Positions 42,806-54,687 are shown, numbered from the stretch's first letter. The stretch: 64,000 nt of DNA from Epithemia pelagica (GCA_946965045.2 OX337241.1:930001-994000), one strand, 5' to 3'. A program made the numbers and translations. The notes: generated by a model from the sequence alone, not told the origin.

Positions 42806-44269
42806 ATGCCGGGGACTGGCGATTCTTCATCCATATCACGACGGGCGATTGTAGACCCCAACGACGATTCGGTGGATTCTCCACCTTCTGCATTCGGGAC
42901 AGAGAATGAAACGAAACAAGTACCGCGGTCTCCCAAATCCTGCCAGCATACTAATACAACAAGCACATGCAATGCTGCTCGTCCACGGGATCGTTCGGTA
43001 GATCCACCCTCCGATATTTCAAATTATCGTTACAATTCATCGTATGTGCTTCCTTCCCAATCCTCCGTTCCACAATCCTACCGACCATGGTCCGATCCTA
43101 CGAACCACCACCGCCAAGTCTCCAATGCGCACAATTCTTCGTCAACAGCGACGGAAGCTGCCTCCCTAGACATTGCTCGATCCTCGTCCGACAGGAAAGA
43201 AGAAGAACATCATCCAACAGAAGAATTTACAATCTCAAAGGGATGGACTGGAACTGCGGAAACAAAGGTGCAAGTGCAGAACGCGGAGGTGCCACAAGAA
43301 CAGCCGCAAGAGGGTGAGGAGTGTGAGGATCCTGAAGATTATTTGTACGACGACGATGGTTCGGCAACGAGCTACATGAACGAAGAGGAGGAAGAAGCTC
43401 TACAGCGTCTCTTGAGTCAAGACAATCCGGACTTTCCTGCAACCACACTGTTGCTCTCCAATGACCTTTCGAATCTTACCGAAGAAACCCTGGAAGTGAT
43501 CCAAACAAATCCGCAACTCTCGGCCTTTTTCTTGGACCGCGTCCAGTTTCGAGTCCACCCTCAGGAGGGCGACCCACAAGAACTGAATAATGGAGAGGAC
43601 AATGACCAAGACGATGCTCCGGATCTTTCGAGTGAATCCTCTCACACGACGGCCATGAATGTCTTGGAGTCATTGGAAGAGTCACTGGCCGTCAACACCT
43701 CTCTGGTTCAAGTGGGTCTGGTCGCATGTCATCCCAAGGTCATGGAATCGGTGCTGTGGGGCGTCTCGTGTATTCCCAGTAACTTGAATCACTTGACATT
43801 GGAGATGTGGAACGTGCATGACAATCGGCGCACCAAGTACTTGATTTGGGAAGGCTTGGTGGAACTTCTCAAGAACACGACGACATTGGAGTCTCTGTAT
43901 ATTGGCAATTGTCATGGAGACGAAGAGGACGTCACGGCCATGAATTGGTCTCTCTTGGCGCAAGGGTTGGCACAAAACACTAGTTTACACTCACTGAGCA
44001 TGGAAACACTGAGTTGGACCCAAGAAGCCACGTCTCTGCTCTCCAACGCCTTGTCGCAACATCCTCATTTGGCGCAGGCCGACTTTGAGTTTCCCAATGA
44101 TCATTCGACACTGGTGACGATTCGACGAAACGCCAATCCAGTAGCGGCCGCGGCCGCAGAGGGTGCCGTCCTGGAAGATGCCACGAATCACAACCATCGT
44201 ATCCGGCCGGTTGTGTCCGCCGATGACATGTCGTCGTCGTCGGTGAGGGAGGATGAAAAGCCCGTTTGA
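42806..44269 (+). CDS. Acidic protein with C-terminal RNI-like leucine-rich repeats
   Basis: LKNTTTLESLYIG, LAQNTSLHSLSM and LSQHPHLAQADF repeats. Confidence 0.7.
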   Translation: MPGTGDSSSISRRAIVDPNDDSVDSPPSAFGTENETKQVPRSPKSCQHTNTTSTCNAARPRDRSVDPPSDISNYRYNSSYVLPSQSSVPQSYRPWSDPTNHHRQVSNAHNSSSTATEAASLDIARSSSDRKEEEHHPTEEFTISKGWTGTAETKVQVQNAEVPQEQPQEGEECEDPEDYLYDDDGSATSYMNEEEEEALQRLLSQDNPDFPATTLLLSNDLSNLTEETLEVIQTNPQLSAFFLDRVQFRVHPQEGDPQELNNGEDNDQDDAPDLSSESSHTTAMNVLESLEESLAVNTSLVQVGLVACHPKVMESVLWGVSCIPSNLNHLTLEMWNVHDNRRTKYLIWEGLVELLKNTTTLESLYIGNCHGDEEDVTAMNWSLLAQGLAQNTSLHSLSMETLSWTQEATSLLSNALSQHPHLAQADFEFPNDHSTLVTIRRNANPVAAAAAEGAVLEDATNHNHRIRPVVSADDMSSSSVREDEKPV

Positions 44270-45193
44270 TGCGCGCACGAATCCCCCTCTCCCTTATAGA
44301 TCATGTTCGGTTGTCACCAGTGACAACCTAATTATATATATATACACACACACAAGATGATAAAGATACACACAACGTGGAACCCACATCATGTGCAAAT
44401 CCGTTGCACCTAGAAGGATGGGAAATCTACATGATACACACCGACAGACACAAGAAATGTAACAGATCACTATCACAGACACAATCAAGAAATGTAACAG
44501 ATCACACACCAAAAACAGTACTTTGTGAAGTGAAAAGAATTGAAACAAATCGAAATTAAAAGTAGTAGTCAAGAAGGATATTGTGCTTGAAGAAATCCAA
44601 CGTCTCTTTAGTTTCTGGTTCCAGGGAGATGATCATGACACCGAACGGCAAGTGTCTAGGAAAGAACCAGGGAACGTCAAAATCAAAACAAGGTTAGGTC
44701 TAGAAGCAACAGGGGCATCTTCCATTGTGCCTCTCATATGTCCAAGATTCGACTGGTATGAGATTTGTTCCAGAAAGGTTTTGTCATTTCTGATAGACTC
44801 CATGGTTCCAATTGCTAGCTTTCGGCCCTGGATTCGGCAAGAGAACTCGTAGAGAACCCAGCGAAAATTCTGGATTTTGTTGCGACACCTTGGGGGCAGA
44901 GACGGTCGGACGGCGTCGCTTCTGGGGGATCAATCCGCGACATCGGTTGATTATAGCCTTGCATACCTTGTGTTTAAAAGCCTTTTTGTACGTTGCGGGG
45001 GATCGCGCCGGCATACACTGCATCTCTTCGCCGTCCGATGTTTGTCTGTCACGATCTTCCAAATTCCAAAACAAACCAGGGAAGAAGTCAACGACAGTTT
45101 CATTTGGGAAGACACTTGAGAAAGACCCACAAATTCCACTCGAGCTCAATCGTAAACACCAAAAGAGATATCTTTCTTCTTTGGCAGCTCACA

Positions 45194-46180
45194 ATGGCGT
45201 TCTCCAACCCTTACACCAGCCGTGACAGTCCCCGTGTACTGCTCATTCTCCGTAAATGGATTGTAATTGTTACCGTTCTATTCGTCGTGATCTTGACGGG
45301 ACGAGGATACCATCACCGCAAATTGCAACGCTCGGACAGTCTCAAGGAAGGATTCCTTCGTAAAGTGGAACGCAGTCCCTTGCCGGTGTCATCATCATCC
45401 CATAATTGGAATGCCGTCGATGCCGTGGCCGACACGTTTGGAGCCGTCGCCGAAGGAGTGGGTGGAGTTCTGGACATTGGATTGGACCAATTTGGTGCAT
45501 TCACCGATCAGTTTGGCGATGACGAAGAAAGCGCCGAAGAGGACTATATTGAAATGGACGCGAGTTTCGTTGACAAGAACGATGAAGACACGGAGATGGA
45601 AGGTTCCGACGACGCGGGTGGATCCGATAATGAGGGAGAGGGAATGGAGGAAGAGGAAGATTCCTATCCCGGGCACGAACTCTCGGAGGAAGACAACACC
45701 ATCGATCAAGAACAGAAAGATGATTCGAGCCAGGATTCCAAAGATGCCGAAGATCGGGAAAGTCAAGAACCGCAAGAACAAACGCCTCTTGTCGACTCAA
45801 TTCCCGGAGATACGCAAGAGAATGCCGGGAATGAAAATGTGATTGAGGGGTCCGAAAAGGAAGGAAACGAGTTGAGGACTGGTGATGGATCGGAAGAAGA
45901 AGAAGAGGCCGAGCACGAAGATGCAGAAGAATCGGCAGAAACGGACCCGCAAGAACAAGTGCAAGACGGAGCCGGGAATGACCAACAAGACGAAACTGGG
46001 GAAGCAAACGAAACTCAAGGCCTAGACGAACCCGTGGATGACCAAGACGACAAAGGCGTCTCCTCGGAAGACCAAAAGGAAGACAGCGGCGAAGGCACCA
46101 CTCATGGTGACGATACTGAAGGCGATAACGAAGCTGAGTCGTCTGCCGAAACACCGGGAGAGATTGCCGAAACAGAGTGA
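45194..46180 (+). CDS. Single-pass (type II-like) membrane protein with long D/E-rich tail; paralog of 53782-54687
   Basis: NPY, TM ending LFVVILTGRGYHHRKLQ, DTFG..LDIGLDQFG segment, acidic C-terminus. Confidence 0.75.
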   Translation: MAFSNPYTSRDSPRVLLILRKWIVIVTVLFVVILTGRGYHHRKLQRSDSLKEGFLRKVERSPLPVSSSSHNWNAVDAVADTFGAVAEGVGGVLDIGLDQFGAFTDQFGDDEESAEEDYIEMDASFVDKNDEDTEMEGSDDAGGSDNEGEGMEEEEDSYPGHELSEEDNTIDQEQKDDSSQDSKDAEDRESQEPQEQTPLVDSIPGDTQENAGNENVIEGSEKEGNELRTGDGSEEEEEAEHEDAEESAETDPQEQVQDGAGNDQQDETGEANETQGLDEPVDDQDDKGVSSEDQKEDSGEGTTHGDDTEGDNEAESSAETPGEIAETE

Positions 46181-46766
46181 TGGACCAACGACTTACATAT
46201 GTATCAGAGTCGTACTCCACAACCAACTAGGTTGTTCACTCAATGGAGTGACGAGACACCGCCTTTGCTTCGTGGCGGTATTCAGTTCTCATAATTCAAA
46301 CGTACAACCATAGAACAAACATTATTTTAGACGCAACAGTTCCTCTCGAATCATAACAATAGTTGCTTTGAGAGGTGCACACACTTTCCTAACTCGTAGA
46401 CTTGCGTGGTGATGAGACAATCACAGAAATGGGCAAGTACCATCCCGCTAATGGCTACTAACGGTATAGCGTGTTGTGGCGCCAGTCATCAAATTTTCAC
46501 CCCCTAGAGGAGAATTTACTGAAGATGCATTAACGGCATAATTAACATAAGATGAATGGAGCGATGGGTTGTGGCAATTTTTGTGAAAGAGCTGTAGATC
46601 CGTAAGCGATCTTTTTTGCCAAAAAAGGTGTAACAACGCAGACAAGTTGTTGCCCCTGACCGAGTTTGATATAGTTGTGGTCCCCGCACTTGTAAATTTG
46701 AGTTTGCCCTCTTCCATCACGAATTGCACTGGGATAAGCATCCTGAGAAAACGAGTCAGAAGAGTA

Positions 46767-49308
46767 ATGAGCAAACGCCAAGCGAGCAAGATTGTGATTG
46801 CTCCTCCTGGTCCGTTGGGAGTCAAAGTGAAACCAACACGAGAAGGCAAAGGCCTTCTGGTCATCGCCGTAGATGTCAAATCTCCTTTGGTCGGAAAGGT
46901 TTCTCCAGGAGATTGGATAGTCTCAATGGATGAACAAGATGTCTCGTCCGTATCGGATCTAACGGCGAAAAAGGATGAAGGCCGACTCTTGGGGATTTTT
47001 ACCCAGCGTGATCAACGAAAACTTCGAACAAGTGCCAAACCAATGGAAATAGCTCCAGATCCTGCCACCAACTCCCCAATCAACTTGCTCGAATTTGTGG
47101 TGGAACCTAGAGGTGCATCTTTGGGCTTACTTTTGGACGAACAACACGTGGTCCAACAGGTTGCCGACGGGTCACCCATGGAAGGCAAACTGCTGCAAAA
47201 TGATCAAATCTATGCTGTGAATGGAGTGGGTATATCCACTCTAGACATGACGCAACTGGCGACCTATTTGACCAACTTGCAAGAAAGCTTTGAGATGGTC
47301 CATCTCAAGATTGCACGAGATCCCACGCGAAACAAGACTACACAGCAAGTCACCAGTCCAAGGCTTTTGACGATTTCTCCACCCTACACTGTTCCAACGA
47401 CGCCAACCCCTAGAACTTTGGATGGTGAACAAGACTTGCCAACCTGCGAGTCTTTGTCGCACAATGTGTTATCTCCCGATGAGAGCAAAGTCTTGAACGA
47501 AAAGGTTTTGCCCGAACTGAAAGAAGCCTTTCCAGTTATGTCTAAATACAATATTCCCTTGCCAGCAGCGGACGCTGAATCCACCAAACTTCGAAAAGCC
47601 TTGCTTTCCGAACTGATTGCCTGGAATGACGTGCACAAGATGAAGCAAGAAATCACCATTCAGAACCGGTCTTGTTCCTTGTCGTGGGTTCCCACGAATG
47701 CTGCGACTGCCATGTCGGATGACGTGCCCATGGAGGAATTCCTCAATGCGTGTCGTCAATCCCGAAGGTTTGATGAAAATGTCAAAAGTATTGTCGAACA
47801 CTTTAGCTTGGACAGTTTCAAACACGGGGTGGAGATGCTCATGAGATACTTTGCCTATTTACATCCTCGCGTCTATAACAAGGTTCAAGTGTTCTTGGAA
47901 CAAGAAATGAGCCGGAAACGTCAACAAGTTACGGTTGCAGCAGGATCCGAGGAACGACGAAACAAAAAGTACAAAACAGGCGACGATGAAACTAGAAATA
48001 ATAAGAGCCCAGAGGGAAATCCTGATTGGACGACTGAAACAACGAATGATATGGGTGATGGAAAAGCAGATCCAAAAGACCAAGAGCCGATTGTGTTTCC
48101 GGAAGACTATCAAGATTTTGGTAAGTCGCTTTCAATTGGGGACATGGATACGCCACGGAAGCTCTTGAGCTAACAAAATGGCCTTAACTTTCGAAGATGG
48201 TACAGGAGATGTCCGATGGAATCTACGATACCTGGATTTGCTCCGGTATCACCGTAAGCATGGCCATTGCATGGTCATGACCCGCGAAGTTCCTCTTGGA
48301 AAATGGGTTGCCTGGCAACGGGAGAGCTACCGCAAAAACTATTATTCACTGACTCTACGACGCCGCGAATTGTTGGATCAACTGGGCTTTGTGTGGGAGG
48401 CCAAGCATGCCAATCGCAAGCCATTTGTCGACACGGGAGACCCGCGATTGAATAAAGCCATTGCCACTCGGATTGTGTTTGGATCGCATTTCACCGATCG
48501 ACAAGTCTTTCAATTGGCCGGCTATACCAAAGATGAAATGTTAGAGGTACGTAACCCAGCGCATCAGTGGCGCAATGGGTTGGTCGTCTTGAGAAAACGA
48601 TTGGATGCCCGAATGAAATCGTTCTTGGCAAGGTCCAAGAAAGAAGATGATGGGGTGAGTAACCTTCCGCGACGAAAGACCCACGCCGCAGTTCAAGATA
48701 TAATCACCATTCTGCAAGATAAGGACAATGCGAATCGTTATATCCAAGTGTACGGACAAGAGAATGCGAGATTGTTGCAAAGCTTTTTGTCCAGCACCAT
48801 CACTCCGGACCAAGCATTTGTCGCCTGGCATGCCAACAAGAAATCGACCGACCCTGTCGGTACGAGCGCTGCAGGTCTCAACGGCACCACAGCCGAAACC
48901 GACGTTCTTCTGGAAACTCGACCACCGGGTACCCATTCCGATGAGAACAACAACAACAACAACATGAATGATACGATAGCCCGTGATATGGATGACACCA
49001 CGGGTGCTGTTCCTGCCTCGGTCCTTGCGGCAGCAGTGGGAATGACAGGGATTGCACCAGCTGTTTGGGATACACCACCAACAACAACAACTCTGCCGGC
49101 ATCGACGGAACCGACACTCAAGGATGCAATCGAAAAGCCAGGACAAGAGACCTATGAGCATCATGATGAAGATGGTGATGACGAAGGAACAAAGGAAGCA
49201 GAAGACGACGACGACGAAGAAGGTGACAATCAGTATGCCGAAGACCCGGCGACGGGGTCGCCCTGGAGACGTGGATACATTCTACCAACATCAGCCTATG
49301 GTGACTAA
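46767..49308 (+). CDS. Tandem PDZ-domain plus helicase-associated (HA) domain protein, two exons
   Basis: Two PDZ-like units (PPGPLGV..SPLVGKVSPGDWIVSMD; GASLGL..GSPMEGKLLQNDQIYAVNG). Intron 48121-48196 (GTAAGT, GCTAAC, AG) joins in frame to the HA motif WNLRY..HGHC..LGKWVAWQR..LDQLGFVW. Confidence 0.85.
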
Positions 49309-49593
49309 TGTGTCCTACCAACAGCAGTTTTCCATCATGGATTATGCGCTCTTCTTTACCGTTTGTCAATGAAATGAAACATTTCCCTTTGACGAGAGTG
49401 GTTCGATGTGTTCATCATGGCGTCAAGGTTTCCAATAACCTTGGTGACCATGAACGAGTAGCATGATGAGCGAAAGAGTAAAGCCATCTGTTGTCATCAA
49501 TGCTTGATCTTGTCTACTCTACAGTTACACTTTGACCTACAACAGTTCTCCAGCACAGGAGAGGCTGGCACCCTGTGACCTCTACAACATTGA

Positions 49594-50679
49594 TCAATAT
49601 TCCAGTGGTGCCGCAAAGAGATATTGACACAAGGGGTCCATAATGAATCCAATGACCACCAAAACAGTCAGGGTGGCAAAAAATGTTTTGTATTGTTGTA
49701 TTTTGCTGTTTGGTTTGATGTGACTCGAAGACGAACAGCAACTCAAGGCGTTTTGGGTACGGTTTCGTTTTTGCCGTATTCCATGGTATGCACGGGCACT
49801 GAGTTCCCGCACAAAGAGGAGTCCAATGCCGACTTCCACAGCATCGGTCACTTCTCCAATGTACAAATTGTACGATACAGCTACCGAAGCGGCTACAAAG
49901 GCCCAGGCAACTTCAAAGCCGGCCAAAATGGCAAAGGCCAAACCCGATGCAGTGGGAGCATTCTTAATGGCTCGTGCTGCCTGAATAAAATCAGCCGTCA
50001 AAAAGATGCCCAACATGAAAAAGGCCACAATGGCATCCCAATTATCGGTAAATCCAGCTTCGCATTGAAATCCTGAGGACTGCGCAAAGACATCGTCGGC
50101 ATTGTTATTGTTTCCATTCTGTTGTCTCTCACCATTGTAGCCTGGTCTCAGATCGGCCGCCAAACAGTCTGCATGGCTAATCGTGAGAGGCACTTGACCG
50201 GAATGATAGTCGGAAATAGATTCCTTGACAAACAAGGAGTAGGTAAAGAGTTGAAAGGCGATAATGATGCAACCAACAAGTCGATCAAACCGTGTGGCCG
50301 TTTTTTGTTTGGGATCATCCGCGAAAATAGCCCAGGCATGAGTGGTTTCGGGAAATTCATCGTACTGACTGTCCATTGTTGCAGTGGGTTGAATTCCGCT
50401 GTCTGTCTTGTTCAAGGAAGGTACTACGGCTGGCTCCACAATGTCAGCATCGCTGTAGGAGGATGTCGTCGACCGATTTGCCCGTGTTTGCCATGTCTTT
50501 TGTTCCTGATGATATCGCAGCAATTGACGTAGCTCTTGAATTTCACTCATGGACAAACGCTCCAATGTTCGAATATCATCTAATCCCTGTGGATGATGAA
50601 AGTTTCCTGCACCATCTTCTTCATGGTGCATTTGCGAATAGGAAGTTTCGGACGGCGGCATAGAGGGCGGCAATGACAT
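49594..50679 (-). CDS. Multi-pass membrane protein of unknown function
   Basis: About 5 hydrophobic helices after a hydrophilic N-terminus; first ATG at 50679. Confidence 0.7.
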   Translation of the reverse strand: MSLPPSMPPSETSYSQMHHEEDGAGNFHHPQGLDDIRTLERLSMSEIQELRQLLRYHQEQKTWQTRANRSTTSSYSDADIVEPAVVPSLNKTDSGIQPTATMDSQYDEFPETTHAWAIFADDPKQKTATRFDRLVGCIIIAFQLFTYSLFVKESISDYHSGQVPLTISHADCLAADLRPGYNGERQQNGNNNNADDVFAQSSGFQCEAGFTDNWDAIVAFFMLGIFLTADFIQAARAIKNAPTASGLAFAILAGFEVAWAFVAASVAVSYNLYIGEVTDAVEVGIGLLFVRELSARAYHGIRQKRNRTQNALSCCSSSSHIKPNSKIQQYKTFFATLTVLVVIGFIMDPLCQYLFAAPLEY

Positions 50680-51275
50680 GATGATTTCTTCACTGGATGT
50701 GGGAAACAAATTGGTTGTAAGAAACAAAGGTCAAGATGAAACCAGCACACCAATTAGATGCAAGAATAGTGAATGTGATGTTCCGAGGCGAAAGAGTAGG
50801 ACAGCGAGGAGTCGCAATGGGGTTCGCAACAACATCTCGCGCAACTCTCACCGGTTTGTCCATGGTGAGCGGAGTCTGGTCGCCGGGCGCGGTCGCCCTG
50901 TCTGAACAAGCGCGCGCGCGATGATGGCGCTTACCTAAAAGCGACTCCGATGATATCCAGTCGCATATATCCACAGATGTTTAGTGACACTATAGCTAGA
51001 GGAGAGGCAATCAAATGCATCTCTTACATTCCTCAACATGGCATCCAAAGCGATTTGTTTCAAACCCAAGAGATGTTAGTACTGTTAGAATGGCAGATGT
51101 TACCATATCTCTCAATCCTGTACGTCTACGTTTACGACTCCTTCGTTGCATGTATCGATACTGGACGGACAAAATTATTGATTCATGGACCCCCGCGCCG
51201 AACGTTTTTTGTAGGTGGAGTGATGCATATAGGCTCAGAATCGAGGGCGCAAATTCTGCACAACAACGAGAGCTC

Positions 51276-51430
51276 CATGCTCCGAACCGGCTGATCGTCG
51301 ACCATATGAGAATGGTTTGCTTCCATCAAAGAAGAAAGGTGCCGGAAAAAGCGTTCATGCTCGGAACCGGTTGATCGTCGACCACGAGAATGGTTTATGC
51401 TTCAATCAAAGAAGAAAGGCTCCAAAAAAG
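51276..51430. repeat. Two-copy tandem repeat, period 80 bp
   Basis: CATGCTC(C/G)GAACCGG(C/T)TGATCGTCGACCA...AGAATGGTTT...ATCAAAGAAGAAAGG at 51276 and 51356. Confidence 0.85.
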
Positions 51431-51579
51431 GCCAAATGCGCTCGTGTTCCTCGTGCGCCACTTAATCGAGCCATAAAGAAGGAGCACCCTCATGGTTACA
51501 ATCCAACCCAAGTCATGTTCATGTTTTTCATGCTTGTTTTGTGTCCCATATCGTTCTTATTTCCGACTATAGGAATCCA

Positions 51580-53235
51580 TCATGTAGATTGTTCCACATC
51601 GACACTGTTTGTATCAACAGGTGTATAGACAATGACAGTGGGCGTAGATTCAGATGTCGTTCTTCTCCAGTCGTTGGTTGGTTCTGGGAATCCAGGAGGA
51701 TAGTAAAAGACGATCAATCCCAAGGTACACAAGACGACACCCAGTACCACGGTTCCATCAAAGTCGGTCGCAATTACCGGATCGACCTGTGTCATGGCGA
51801 CTAGACTGGCCACGGGCAAGGCAATGGCCCGAACCAAGGGCACCGACGTGGATCCTTGCAAGGGAATCAAGACGGGCATGGCCAAGTTCAAGGCCAAGGA
51901 AAAGGGAAAGCCCATCCAAAAATACGTGGCCGCATTGCGACAATTGGCCACCGGTTCGTTCGTCGGCGTCGTCGTCGTCGTCGTCGTCGTAGTGGATGGC
52001 ATATGACCCGTCACGATACAGACCATGCCCTGCCACACGTGTTGGACAATCTCGTGATTGGTAGTGGTAGCAGCGCCGTCGTTTCGTTCCTGTTGATGAC
52101 GATGGTGACTTCCAATCCATACCAAGACCAGGGAACAACACAATTCGGGGAGACAGAGCAGGGTCCACAATTCCAATCCGGAAATGTGGGGCAAGCGTCG
52201 ACGTGCGGCACGCACAACGGCATATCCGACTGCCAAGGGAATGGAGGCCACACACAAGCACAAAATCTTGAGTCCATACAAGGGGGAGGATGATGATGAC
52301 GAAAAGGAGGCCTCCAAATCTTCTCCCGACATGTCGTCCTCCTGTGGATTCGATTCATGGTGGTGATGATGATGGTGAAGGGATCCCGTTTGAGACGTTG
52401 CCGTGGCGGCAATACCGCATAGGACCAAGACCACACCGCCCACTTGATGTCGCGTGGGCCATGTTTGGTCCCAACACGATTCCACCATCAAGGAGACGGG
52501 GACGACCAATTTTTGCAAGACCAATACCAACACGGTCGACACATCGGGGATCCCCACGTGTCGTCCCGATTTGCCAAAATCGGACAAGAGATTGTGCATG
52601 GCAAAACAAAGACCAATGCCCACACTATACGGCACGGCCGGACGCAATCGCCGAAGCCACGACAACAAGGCCGCGCATGGTGCAAAAGGTCGGGGAGGAT
52701 CATTGTTGTTGTTGTTGGTGTCACGAAACCAATGAACAGAAAGACCTTGCACGAGGAGCATGAAGGAATAACAAATCAAACCCGAGAGGGGAAGCAAAAT
52801 GGCAATGGAAAAAAAGTAATGTGGTGCCGCATTGCTCACATGTTGATAGAGCAATTGACTGCCCGCCGTGCCCACACACAAGGCGAGGGCGGCACCCACG
52901 GCAGGACCCGTCCACGGTTGCGGCACAACGAATGGAGGATTTGTCGTGGACGATGCTGTGGTGGGAGACTCACTCCACACTTCAAGTTCCGGTTCTTCTT
53001 GATGGATGTCGTCCGTTTCGTCAATCCATACGGGTTGTTGTTGATGTTGATGTTGTTGTTGTTCTTGTGGTTCTTGTGGATCATGGTCGTTGCCCATGGT
53101 CGCCGCACCAACTGTCGTCGTTGGTTGGCTCCGCGTGGATTCTGAAATCTGTTGACGTTGCTGCTGTTGCTTCAATGGCGGTTCCTGTCGTGCGGGTCGT
53201 CGTCGTCGTCGTCGTCGTCGAGTGGCAATCGGCAT
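51580..53235 (-). CDS. Drug/metabolite transporter superfamily protein, CRT-like
   Basis: About 10 TM helices. VLQKLVVPVSL...HQVGGVVLVLCGI resembles the CRT/CLT-type segment. Confidence 0.6.
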   Translation of the reverse strand: MPIATRRRRRRRRPARQEPPLKQQQQRQQISESTRSQPTTTVGAATMGNDHDPQEPQEQQQHQHQQQPVWIDETDDIHQEEPELEVWSESPTTASSTTNPPFVVPQPWTGPAVGAALALCVGTAGSQLLYQHVSNAAPHYFFSIAILLPLSGLICYSFMLLVQGLSVHWFRDTNNNNNDPPRPFAPCAALLSWLRRLRPAVPYSVGIGLCFAMHNLLSDFGKSGRHVGIPDVSTVLVLVLQKLVVPVSLMVESCWDQTWPTRHQVGGVVLVLCGIAATATSQTGSLHHHHHHHESNPQEDDMSGEDLEASFSSSSSSPLYGLKILCLCVASIPLAVGYAVVRAARRRLPHISGLELWTLLCLPELCCSLVLVWIGSHHRHQQERNDGAATTTNHEIVQHVWQGMVCIVTGHMPSTTTTTTTTTPTNEPVANCRNAATYFWMGFPFSLALNLAMPVLIPLQGSTSVPLVRAIALPVASLVAMTQVDPVIATDFDGTVVLGVVLCTLGLIVFYYPPGFPEPTNDWRRTTSESTPTVIVYTPVDTNSVDVEQST

Positions 53236-53781
53236 GCGCTGGAACTTCGTACCGCAGTTTCTCTAGTAGATTGGTGGTTGGTAGTGTCTCGGGTCGTCGT
53301 CGTCCTTCTTCCATGGTATTAGCGCATGGATTTCGTTTGAATCTTGGGTGGCGTTGGAGGGTGGATGTGTGACCGGATGGTACCTTGGTAGGCTCTTTGG
53401 TCGGTTCGGTGGGCTTTTCGGTTGGTCTATGGGTCGATTTGTTGAGAGGAAACCAAAAAATGGTCCATCAATGGAATAATAGGAGTGTGTATCCCCTGGT
53501 GCAGCAGGAGGGACATGACGCATGTGGAGTGGTGCGGACGCACGTTCATGTCTCCACAGTCTCGGGATCACGCTAGAGGTAGATACCTTTCGTTCGCGCC
53601 GTCCTCCCCACGATTTGTTGCAAGAAACGACCTCCAGAGGTCCTGTCCCTTTGTGCTAAAACTACCGACCTACCTAGAACGATACTAGTTTCACGGTCGT
53701 TGACTCTGCAGTTACTAGGTAGGAGTATTATAGATTGGTATGCATTGTTGTTCTTGTTGGGACATTCAGAGTTGAGAATGA

Positions 53782-54687
53782 TTAATGTCGAAGCATGCGT
53801 CGTCGTTCGGTTTTCGAAGCAGCAGCATCTTTCTCCTCCTTGTTGGGTTCGGCAACAGGTTCCTTGTCATTCTTCTTTGGGGGTTCCGTAGTTTCCTTGT
53901 CATCCTTGGGTGCTGCTGGTGGTGGTGGTGGAGGTGGAACCACGGCCGTTGTCGTCGAAGGAGGAATTACGGCATTTTGGGGTGGTGCTTGGGGAGGCAA
54001 TGGTTGTGGAAATTGGGGTGGTACAAAATGTTGTTGGTTGGGCGGCACAACAAAGGGTTGTTGTTGCTGTTGCTGGGGGATCATCGGGAACGGAGGAGGA
54101 GGTACCATTGGTTGTGGTTGTTGTTGTGGGAAGGAACGTGGTGGCCAGGGTTGTTGTGGTTGTGGTTGAACAAGTGGAAGAGGAGGAGGAGGAGGAGGTG
54201 CTTGTCCGACGGGTGCCTCCTGGTTCTCGTGTTGGTCGTGGCGTTCTTGGCCCTTGTCGTCCTCGTCGTCTTTGACATAACCATCGTCATCCAAGGGGTC
54301 GTCGTTGGGGTCGTCACCGCCCTCTCCCAAGAGGGTATCCACACCATAATCAATCCAATCGCCGACCGTATCCATGCCCACATCGAGGGCATCGCCCAAT
54401 TGCGCCGCCGCCTTGCCCAAGGTATTGGAGACATATTCGAGGGATTCCGTAGTCGTGGGTGATGTCGTCGTGTCCGATGCGGCTTGTGGTTGCTGCTTTT
54501 GTTGTTGCTTTTGTTTCTTTTTTTGGTCTTGTAGTTTGTGATGCTTGTGACGATGATAGCCTCGACTGGTCAAGGCGACGACAAACAGGGCCACACAAGT
54601 TGTGATGCACCGCATCAAACACGAGAGAATGCCACCACCCCGTTTCCGTCCCGAATACGGATTGACGACCGTCGCATCCAGAACCAT
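53782..54687 (-). CDS. Single-pass membrane protein with acidic and P/Q-rich tail; paralog of 45194-46180
   Basis: NPY, LFVVALTSRGYHRHKHHKLQ, NTLG..LDVGMDTVG. Confidence 0.75.
   Translation of the reverse strand: MVLDATVVNPYSGRKRGGGILSCLMRCITTCVALFVVALTSRGYHRHKHHKLQDQKKKQKQQQKQQPQAASDTTTSPTTTESLEYVSNTLGKAAAQLGDALDVGMDTVGDWIDYGVDTLLGEGGDDPNDDPLDDDGYVKDDEDDKGQERHDQHENQEAPVGQAPPPPPPLPLVQPQPQQPWPPRSFPQQQPQPMVPPPPFPMIPQQQQQQPFVVPPNQQHFVPPQFPQPLPPQAPPQNAVIPPSTTTAVVPPPPPPPAAPKDDKETTEPPKKNDKEPVAEPNKEEKDAAASKTERRRMLRH

Noticed and set aside
44452-44505. 19 bp direct repeat AAGAAATGTAACAGATCAC
   Set aside because: Sits in low-complexity CA-rich 3' flanking DNA; probably slippage.
48171-48180. Apparent bicistronic pair (stop, CAAA, ATG)
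   Set aside because: A canonical 76 bp intron with branch point joins the two ORFs in frame.
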